Below are positions 57,946-64,000 of a stretch of DNA of 64,000 bases, piece by piece. Position numbers and translations under genes: made by a program. Below the pieces are notes generated by a model. It worked only from the letters and a program-made list of their open reading frames with translations. It made no database searches and was not told the DNA's origin. Numbering within the stretch: position 1 is the stretch's first letter; each line of letters begins with the position of its first letter. Source of the stretch: a virus; the IMG/VR virus record IMGVR_UViG_3300045988_150084, one strand, 5' to 3'.

Positions 57946-57980
57946 CATATATTATCCGCGGTGACTTTTCAAGTAAAAAC
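57946..57980 (-). promoter_or_regulatory. Conserved upstream element, copy B
   Basis: tcatatattatccgcggtgacttttcaagtaaaaa is 31/35 identical to copy A. Confidence 0.45.
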
Positions 57981-58453
57981 ACGCTCAAATACATTAAAGT
58001 TACATTAGAATTATATTATAGAAAGCTATAAGAGTTAACATGATGTAATGCTACCCAGTAACACTCAATCATATTGCCTTGACATCCCTTTTGCCATGCG
58101 CCCTCGGCGGCTCTGAAATTGTCCTCCCTGAGTGATACTTGACAATAGCGCGTAACACCGTGAGTAACGCCAAAAACTGCTGCCTATGTACACCCTCAAC
58201 AGACACCATCTTCCTCGATTTGTAAACTAAAAAACGCAAAGTGCTTGACGATGTATACGAGAATAAAGCGCCCCCTAGCTGGATTAAGTGTTTTTTGCAG
58301 GTTTGCCGAAAATTGCCCCATCTAGCCCCAATCCTTTAGTTAGTTGAAGAGCCTGTGAAGCCTTATACCACAAGGGCTGGCGGCACTTCCACGTTGCATA
58401 ATTGATATTATAAAACGATTGAGAATAATTTCCAATAACGTGTATTAATCAAG

Positions 58454-58974
58454 TTGTCTGACAATTTCTTATTGATAGATTTTCTCATTTACTTTGACCT
58501 TTTGTCCTATATCATTTCTGCATATTATGCGCGCGTATTATGCTATTTTTGTATGTACGCCTCCAGTGGACACGTTACTAAAATATACCCCTCTAGGGTA
58601 TACCAAAGTCAAACTTAATTTTACTTCTATTTTATCCAATTCAATTTAGCTAAATCGTTTTTATCCTTAGTAGCATCAAGGCTTTTCGCATATCCAGTCC
58701 CATTTAGTAATATATCTTGTTACATAATCATACCCGATATCATTAAGTCTTATTCAATCATACCTAGTAATACCCTTGCATATCGGAGAAGTGTGTTTTA
58801 GCAAAGTAAAGTAAATAGTATTCATACTTGATTGCTATGTTTTAGTAAAGTAAAGAGACAGGAAAATAGTCCTATTTAATTCTCTCAACCCTTGTAATTA
58901 CTAGCTTCATCGCCCTTGTACTCTCTCGATGCACATTTGTTTTGCCTTATCAAATTATTATTGTCTGACAATTT
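58454..58974. repeat. AT-rich noncoding region with several direct repeat families (iteron-like)
   Basis: TTGTCTGACAATTT appears twice (58454, 58961) and contains a TTGTC-N-GACAA palindrome. TTTTAG(C/T)AAAGTAAAG appears twice (58796, 58840). CCCTTGTAATTACTAGCTTCATC appears twice (58889, 58996). No ORF of 60 aa or more lies between 57930 and 59345. Confidence 0.55.
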
Positions 58975-59428
58975 ATTTTTCTTGTTGCCCGCCAGCCCTT
59001 GTAATTACTAGCTTCATCACTGTTTTCTACCTTTTTCTAATAAAACAAAATATCCATGCTCATATATCAACGCCCCGCCAGCCCACTAACTACGCCGCCT
59101 GATAGCCTTTTCGATTAGCAAAAAATCATCACTTTCTCTCATATAAAAATACACGCGAGGAAATCCCTTATTGATAATATTTCTCAAAGGAATTAAAAAT
59201 AAAAAGACTTGCACGTTATTCGTCGCTTGCTATAACAAAGTTGCAATCGGGAACGGCCCGAAAGGGAAATGAACCGAAAGCAATCCATCCGACGCCCGCG
59301 GGGGGGCCGAACAAGACGCCCCGCTTAAAAGAGAAAGAAAGGAGATGAAAAGGCCGCTATCAGGCCCAGCACGCCCGCCGCAGTCAACTTCTATTAATAG
59401 TTCTTTGAAAATTTCATATTGCAGGGGG

Positions 59429-59613
59429 GTTTCCGTCCCCTTACGGGGATTTTGTTTTTCAACGAAGAAGAGTTTTATTCGACCGTCGCGCCCGCTGATG
59501 AAAGTTTCCGTCCCCTTACGGGGATTTTGTTTTTCAACTAAACGAAGCAACAGCTTATTGCAAAAACTGTATAAAACAGTTTCCGTCCCCTTACGGGGAT
59601 TTTGTTTTTCAAC
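59429..59613 (-). CRISPR. Mini-CRISPR array with 3 identical 35-nt repeats (gtttccgtccccttacggggattttgtttttcaac on the plus strand) and two 40-nt spacers; type III-A-like repeat read on the minus strand
   Basis: Repeats at 59429-59463, 59504-59538 and 59579-59613 are identical. Spacers are 59464-59503 and 59539-59578. The repeat reverse complement GTTGAAAAACAAAATCCCCGTAAGGGGACGGAAAC has the hairpin plus ACGGAAAC tag layout typical of type III-A repeats. Strand is inferred from that. Confidence 0.8.
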
Positions 59614-59734
59614 ACGCTCGTCGGGAATAGAGTTACGCGAGTACCCTGCTATATGGATTAATATTGACCCGTAGACTCCGAGAACAGGGGACGCGGCCGG
59701 CGAGGGCCTCTAACGTGACAGGTTAGTAGGTACG

Positions 59735-59989
59735 GTGAACCACACTCAAGCCGGTTTTAAGAAGTACCGAAGGCCTTCTTGCGTCTCACACGACAACCGA
59801 CTCGGGGAGACAGGCCGGAGGGGCGTTAAGTTGCGCCCGCTTGTTGGCAGCACGGTATTACTTTATGTAGTATCGCCGGAGGTCGAGCAGTTCAATAAGG
59901 CCGAGTATGACGTCAAGGCGGGCCGCGTTGATAATCTCGGCGTGTTCTGTCAGCAGTTCATGCTGGCCGGTATGAAGGAGGTGAAGTAA
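59735..59989 (+). CDS. Doubtful ORF (GTG start, weak RBS) in the GC-rich region between the array and the early genes
   Basis: ORF track entry only. The region may instead be the array leader or a structured RNA. Confidence 0.2.
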   Translation: MNHTQAGFKKYRRPSCVSHDNRLGETGRRGVKLRPLVGSTVLLYVVSPEVEQFNKAEYDVKAGRVDNLGVFCQQFMLAGMKEVK

Positions 59990-59991
59990 AG

Positions 59992-60180
59992 ATGTTCTGG
60001 AAAGCGTTCCACTCCTACTACTACACGGAGGACGAGGAAGAACGTGCCGAACTGTTGCAGGACTTCCCCGCCGCCGTGCCGATGACGGAAGAAGAGTTTT
60101 ATTCGACCGTCGTGCCCGCTGATGAAATCATGGTGACGGGGAACTACCTTCACGCCTATGGAGAAGTAGATTTCCTGTAA
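59992..60180 (+). CDS. Small acidic early protein (62 aa); contains the spacer-1 protospacer
   Basis: ATG preceded by GGAGGTG. First in the plus-strand run of small genes. Confidence 0.55.
   Translation: MFWKAFHSYYYTEDEEERAELLQDFPAAVPMTEEEFYSTVVPADEIMVTGNYLHAYGEVDFL
60088..60127 (+). other. Protospacer-like self-match: 39/40 identity to spacer 1 (59464-59503), single C/T difference at 60113
   Basis: Aligned by hand. The mismatch converts GCG (Ala) in the spacer version to GTG (Val) in the gene. Confidence 0.85.
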
Positions 60181-60331
60181 GGCACGCGCCCAAACCGACC
60201 ATTTCCGGCCGCGCCGGGCGTTTGTTTTCGCGCTTGAACGCGCTACGAGCCTACGCAAGTTTCCCCGATTTGCATAGGTTTGCTAATGCTGTCAAGCAGA
60301 TTTGTTGTTTCTATCTAAGGGAGGAAAAACC

Positions 60332-60655
60332 ATGAAACTTGTCAATCTTACGCCGCACGCTATCAACATCTATGGGCAGGACGCGTCGACGGTGCTCGTC
60401 ACGGTCGAACCGACTGCGCCCGCCGCTCGTTGCGCCCAGCGCTCCGAGGTTTGCGGGTACGCAGGGGAAATCCCCATCTACCGCATGGAGTTCGGGGAGG
60501 TGGAGAACCTGCCCGAGCCTGTCGAGGGAACGGTTTACATTGTCTCGCGGCTGGTCGCTACGGCGGTCAATCGTGCCGATGTGTTCTGCCCTGGCGCGGC
60601 GGTACGCGACGAGGCTGGCCGTGTCGTGGGCTGTGTAGGACTGTCCCGCGTGTAA
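60332..60655 (+). CDS. Hypothetical protein (107 aa), markedly GC-rich relative to its neighbours
   Basis: ATG with an AAGGGAGGAAAAACC RBS. Rich in Ala/Arg/Val/Gly. Confidence 0.5.
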   Translation: MKLVNLTPHAINIYGQDASTVLVTVEPTAPAARCAQRSEVCGYAGEIPIYRMEFGEVENLPEPVEGTVYIVSRLVATAVNRADVFCPGAAVRDEAGRVVGCVGLSRV

Positions 60656-60738
60656 GAGAGAACAAGATACACAAAGGCACTCATGGAAACATGGGTGCTT
60701 TTATTGTGTTTTGTTCTAGTTCAAGGGAGGAATTGATT

Positions 60739-60969
60739 ATGAAGTCATTTACCTTTGGTGCGTGGAAAGTATGTATCTGGGAGGCCTTTGATGGTGTGTA
60801 CCAAGGGGAGGCTGTCCTAACGAAAGCCCCGCCGAAAGGCGCTGATGTACCTTCTATCATGCTGGAGGGTATTCCATTCATAGTAAGCTCGAAGGGAGTA
60901 GAGGGAAAGAACGTGAAGTATATCTTCCCGCCACTTATCCCGCGTATCCTCGACGCGCTCAAGGGCTGA
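60739..60969 (+). CDS. Hypothetical protein (76 aa)
   Basis: ATG with an AAGGGAGGAATTG RBS. The ORF track extends upstream in a spurious GC-rich frame. Confidence 0.5.
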   Translation: MKSFTFGAWKVCIWEAFDGVYQGEAVLTKAPPKGADVPSIMLEGIPFIVSSKGVEGKNVKYIFPPLIPRILDALKG

Positions 60970-61050
60970 AACAAGGCAGATAAAGCCGTCTATCGTGACA
61001 GGTAGGCGGCTTTCTTGTGTTTTGTTTTTCTCTAAAAAGGAGGTATTTTC

Positions 61051-61281
61051 ATGGAATTTGTACTGTACCACGACAGGGATTACGTCTCTGTTCGCGGGGA
61101 GGGTGCTCTGTATGTTCTGATGGACAAGGCGAGCGCGGAAATGATTGTTGATGCCGCGTTTGTGATTTTCCAAGACGGCACTACGGAAAGGGAGTTATGG
61201 GAGAACGCGACAATCCTCGAGCAGACGCGCGACAAGCGCGCTATTGCGGCTCTCAAACAGCAGTATAAGGAGGTGTATTAA
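61051..61281 (+). CDS. Hypothetical protein (76 aa)
   Basis: AAAAGGAGGTATTTTC RBS. Confidence 0.5.
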   Translation: MEFVLYHDRDYVSVRGEGALYVLMDKASAEMIVDAAFVIFQDGTTERELWENATILEQTRDKRAIAALKQQYKEVY

Positions 61282-61434
61282 ATGCGTACCGTAGCGACTT
61301 ACGGCTGTTATCAGCTGGAGCAGCTGGGCAACGGCCTTTTCCGTATTCTGCGGAACTGGCATCCGTTCAAGGAACTGTACCTCGTAGGGGAAGAAAACGC
61401 TAAAGCATACTTTTACGAGTTCGTTCGCGGCTGA
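61282..61434 (+). CDS. Hypothetical small protein (50 aa), not in the ORF track
   Basis: A TAAATG junction with the preceding gene. My own translation is MRTVATYGCYQLEQLGNGLFRILRNWHPFKELYLVGEENAKAYFYEFVRG. Confidence 0.35.
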   Translation: MRTVATYGCYQLEQLGNGLFRILRNWHPFKELYLVGEENAKAYFYEFVRG

Positions 61435-61515
61435 TTGATAGCGACGGAGGGAATAAGGCAACTCGTTCCTTCTACGGTGTTAACCAACTATCTATATCTA
61501 TGGGAGGTAATAACA

Positions 61516-61785
61516 ATGAAGTTAAACTGGCTTGAGGATGTAAAAATCCGAAACAAGAACTGGAAGGCCTCTTTAATGAGGTATGAACTTCCAAAACAGG
61601 GAAAGGTCTGGTACGCAGGATGGGTTCACTACAGCAGGAAATATCTCCGCGCCGAAAAACTGATGGGTACGGAGTGGGAAGGCGACGGCGTAACGGTGTA
61701 CCAAGCCGGCCGTATCTCTTTCGACTGGCAAGGCTGGGTTTCTCCCTTCATCTCCGCCGAGCTTGCGAAGAAGTGCAAGTTCTGA
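61516..61785 (+). CDS. Hypothetical Trp-rich protein (89 aa)
   Basis: ATG with a TATGGGAGGTAATAACA RBS. Confidence 0.5.
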   Translation: MKLNWLEDVKIRNKNWKASLMRYELPKQGKVWYAGWVHYSRKYLRAEKLMGTEWEGDGVTVYQAGRISFDWQGWVSPFISAELAKKCKF

Positions 61786-61872
61786 GAATCAAGGCAGAAA
61801 GAAAGCCGCTTATCGCAAAAGGTAGGCGGTTTTATTGTGCCGTGATTTTATCTATTAAGGGAGGAAACAACA

Positions 61873-62259
61873 ATGAAAGCAACAATGAAAAATGGGAAGG
61901 TAATCTATACCGACAAGGCAAGCGACTACGCGAAAAAGAAGGGGCGTCTTGACTATGCTTCTATGGTCGAGTGGTGTACGGAGGGGCAAATGGTGATGCT
62001 GTCCGTATCTCCGTGGAAACTCTCGGAGGACTGGCAAAAACAGGTCGAAGAGGAAGAGACGGAGGAGGCATACGAGGACGAGGAGGAAGAAGTTTTTCAG
62101 TGGTTTATCATTGACGATACTGCGGCAGATTTCTTTGCACAGCTCACGAACGAACTGATTTATTACAGCGAATACCTTGATATGTATCTGCTCGGCGTGA
62201 CTCATTGGGGAACAAGATGGGATTATGTTTTGACCGAGTGGAAACTGGAGGAGGAATAA
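61873..62259 (+). CDS. Hypothetical acidic protein (128 aa)
   Basis: TTAAGGGAGGAAACAACA RBS and an internal poly-E stretch. Confidence 0.5.
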   Translation: MKATMKNGKVIYTDKASDYAKKKGRLDYASMVEWCTEGQMVMLSVSPWKLSEDWQKQVEEEETEEAYEDEEEEVFQWFIIDDTAADFFAQLTNELIYYSEYLDMYLLGVTHWGTRWDYVLTEWKLEEE

Positions 62260-62262
62260 ACG

Positions 62263-62544
62263 ATGAAGGAGTGTAAAAACATCTACGAGTTAAAGGACTT
62301 TCCCTATGAAAAGTTTGATTACTGGGACGTAGAGGATTTGACGAAGAGCATCAAGAGGATTGTTGACAATACGGTAGAGGAACAAATCGAGGACGCTATT
62401 GCAGAAGAACAGGAGGAGACTGTTTACTGGCAAAACCTCGCCGACGACGTTGCGTCCGAGCGCGACGAATTACAGAAGGAGGTTGATGAGCTGAAAGAAA
62501 AGTTGAAGGAATACGAGGATGATGGGGAAGTCTTTCCATTTTAA
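62263..62544 (+). CDS. Hypothetical acidic coiled-coil protein (93 aa)
   Basis: CTGGAGGAGGAATAAACG RBS. Confidence 0.5.
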   Translation: MKECKNIYELKDFPYEKFDYWDVEDLTKSIKRIVDNTVEEQIEDAIAEEQEETVYWQNLADDVASERDELQKEVDELKEKLKEYEDDGEVFPF

Positions 62545-62556
62545 GGAGGAGTAACA

Positions 62557-62808
62557 ATGAAAATGAAAGCTATGCCGAGCGCGATGGACACGCTTCTCGA
62601 TTTGAGAGACAGCATTGTGCATGAACTGAATTACATTGAGAAAGCGCAGAAGGTGATGGATGAAGAGTATATGGGAGACTATTTCAAAGCGGTGAACAAG
62701 AGGAAGAAATCGTTCCTTATCGCGACATACAATATGCTCCCCGATGAGGTAGAGGAAGGTGTTATCAAGAAGGAAGGTGAAGAGGAATGGCACGAAAACT
62801 GGTTCTGA
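62557..62808 (+). CDS. Hypothetical protein (83 aa)
   Basis: TTAAGGAGGAGTAACA RBS. Confidence 0.5.
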   Translation: MKMKAMPSAMDTLLDLRDSIVHELNYIEKAQKVMDEEYMGDYFKAVNKRKKSFLIATYNMLPDEVEEGVIKKEGEEEWHENWF

Positions 62809-62936
62809 TTGTTCTCGGTGTGATTGGAATGGTCATTCATCCCTTTCAACGAGAGCGCATTTGCGTGTATAATGAGGATAACCAATTAGAGACGTTCGCA
62901 TACGGTGACCGTCCGATTAGCAAGCTGTGGAGATAA
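62787..62936 (+). CDS. Small membrane-anchored protein (49 aa), not in the ORF track
   Basis: ATG after a GAAGAGGA RBS. The protein has the MARKLVLIVLGVIGMVIHPF TM segment, and the ORF overlaps the preceding stop. Confidence 0.3.
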   Translation: MARKLVLIVLGVIGMVIHPFQRERICVYNEDNQLETFAYGDRPISKLWR

Positions 62937-63028
62937 TTGAAATGAAACTGAAAGGAAAAGTCACTATCTATGCCGACGATGAAATCTATGATGTGCGGTA
63001 TGATGTTGATTGAGAGGAGGTTTTTGAC

Positions 63029-63427
63029 ATGAAAAAGACTACGGTTCAGATTGTAGGCTTTGAAGGGTATGACAGTGATTTAGGAGGCTTTACGCTCCGT
63101 GTCCGCATTAACGGAACCGAGCATGAAATCATTAATCAATGTTTTCCGTATGAAGATGGCTATGCAGAGAGTCTGGTAGATGTGTATGGGAGCCGTGCAG
63201 ATTGCCTTTGCTTTGTAGATGGCAGAGACTGGTTACCAGAGGACTTCGTTTCTGATTGCGGCGGAGACGAGGAGTTTGCCGAGAAAGTGCTCCACTCTCT
63301 TGTAGACGAGGTGGTCAATGCGTATGGAATTTACGAAGAAGAAAGGACAGAGACAAGCGGTAAAGACAAAGAATACGAGCAGAAAGCGGCTAATGGCTGG
63401 TTTGTCGATGTAGAGTGTGGAGATTAA
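63029..63427 (+). CDS. Hypothetical acidic protein (132 aa)
   Basis: GAGAGGAGGTTTTTGAC RBS. Confidence 0.5.
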   Translation: MKKTTVQIVGFEGYDSDLGGFTLRVRINGTEHEIINQCFPYEDGYAESLVDVYGSRADCLCFVDGRDWLPEDFVSDCGGDEEFAEKVLHSLVDEVVNAYGIYEEERTETSGKDKEYEQKAANGWFVDVECGD

Positions 63428-63445
63428 GTAAAGGAAGGTAAGAGC

Positions 63446-63682
63446 ATGGAGTACATTAATTCTCGAGGCTGGCGTTATCGCGTCATGCGAGGAATTCCTA
63501 GCCTTCCGCGGTTCGACAACTGGTATGACACGTCGGCGAGGGGAACGGCATACAAGGCTTACCGCAAAACAAGCGGAGGTAGGTGGAAATGTGTCAGAAC
63601 GTTGCCATGGCGAGATACCAGAGAAGCGGCAGAGAAAGACCTGGCTGCGTATGCTGCTAGGCATGGGATGAAGGAGGAATAA
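63446..63682 (+). CDS. Hypothetical basic protein (78 aa)
   Basis: AAAGGAAGGTAAGAGC RBS. Confidence 0.5.
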   Translation: MEYINSRGWRYRVMRGIPSLPRFDNWYDTSARGTAYKAYRKTSGGRWKCVRTLPWRDTREAAEKDLAAYAARHGMKEE

Positions 63683-63684
63683 GT

Positions 63685-63927
63685 ATGAAGAGACGAGACG
63701 TGCAAGGCAACAAAGAGTTTGACAATGACAACGATACGGATGAGATGCTCAAATGGATGGGTATCTGCCTGTTGATTTATGCTGGCTTTTTTATCTTTGC
63801 CGCAGGATTAGCCAAGCTCATACTATCGACTGGTGCTAACCCAAGTGACTTGGTTTTTGGATGCGTTGTATTGCTGATTATTATTTGCTCATCGAGGGCA
63901 TTTGAGGACTGGAAAGACAGATTGTGA
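63685..63927 (+). CDS. Small membrane protein (80 aa, 2 TM)
   Basis: GGAGGAATAAGT RBS and two hydrophobic helices. Confidence 0.5.
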   Translation: MKRRDVQGNKEFDNDNDTDEMLKWMGICLLIYAGFFIFAAGLAKLILSTGANPSDLVFGCVVLLIIICSSRAFEDWKDRL

Positions 63928-64000
63928 GGAGGAATTAAAATGAAAGACAAAATTTTTCCGTGTATCTTATGGATATGTTGACAAGGCCGTGGATGGAGGA

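Noticed and set aside
59380-59463. Plus-strand orientation of the array with the AT-rich left flank as leader
   Set aside because: This was considered because leaders are usually AT-rich. In that orientation the repeat 3' end (TTTTCAAC) matches no known crRNA handle. The reverse complement reproduces the type III-A hairpin plus ACGGAAAC tag and makes both spacers antisense to their targets, so the minus orientation is preferred. This still needs experimental confirmation.
59230-59674. ORFs 59230..59550 (minus) and 59345..59674 (plus) spanning the CRISPR array
   Set aside because: Their translations repeat VSVPLRGFCFSTK or ETPLQYEIFKELL-like peptides because they read through the identical repeats. 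They are artefacts of the array.
57200-59700. Array as host-chromosomal CRISPR locus next to a prophage end (chimeric or integrated context)
   Set aside because: Both flanks look phage-like (terminase operon on one side, a tight early-gene operon on the other, which is itself a spacer target). There are no cas genes within 4.4 kb on one side or 59 kb on the other, and no integrase or att-like junction is seen. It cannot be fully excluded without read-level assembly checks.
62942-63012. 23-aa micro-ORF MKLKGKVTIYADDEIYDVRYDVD, and a 13-aa ORF at 63941
   Set aside because: They have RBS-like sequences but are too short to support without conservation or expression data.

Overview
The window looks like most of a large tailed-phage (siphovirus-like) genome. 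Nearly all genes sit on the minus strand with strong GGAGG-type ribosome-binding sites, consistent with a Bacillota-type host, although host assignment is only inference. The gene order is as follows:
- A nucleotide-metabolism block at 1-4.7 kb: partial NrdD, PhoH, a 3D-domain protein, a divergent ThyX-like protein and a dUTPase.
- An array of six tightly packed minus-strand tRNA genes at 5.18-5.86 kb.
- About 25 small early genes at 6-12 kb.
- A replication and recombination module at 12-18 kb (PD-(D/E)XK nucleases, a Cas4-like Fe-S exonuclease, DnaG/DnaB-type primase-helicase, Rad52-family single-strand annealing protein, a Rep-like winged-helix protein).
- A plus-strand ParM/ParR actin-type partition cassette with a sigma70-like promoter, then an XRE repressor, DnaE-type DNA polymerase III alpha and a beta-class DNA methyltransferase.
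- A lysis cassette (holins, GH25 endolysin, spanin-like protein).
- A long tail module: a putative receptor-binding fibre, a J-like protein, an NlpC/P60 protein, a 2909-aa tape measure protein carrying a CHAP domain, and chaperones with a -1 programmed frameshift at an A9 run.
- The head module (major capsid, protease/scaffold, portal, TerL, TerS).
- A 1.5-kb AT-rich noncoding iteron region, and finally a block of plus-strand small acidic genes.

No integrase is visible. Together with the ParM/ParR cassette this suggests a phage-plasmid lifestyle.

The standout feature is a phage-borne mini-CRISPR array at 59429-59613, with no cas genes anywhere in the window. It has three identical 35-nt repeats and two 40-nt spacers. 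Read on the minus strand, each repeat ends in CCCCGTAAGGGGACGGAAAC, which is type III-A-like. Both spacers match this same genome:
- Spacer 2 is a perfect 40/40 match inside a small ORF at the head of the recombination operon (17204-17243).
- Spacer 1 matches 39/40 inside an early gene about 470 bp from the array (60088-60127).

Both spacers are oriented antisense to the predicted target mRNAs. Neither target flank is complementary to the crRNA tag. I read this as a conditional, self-directed type III guide set that would be transcription-dependent. The array is the most interesting item in the window.
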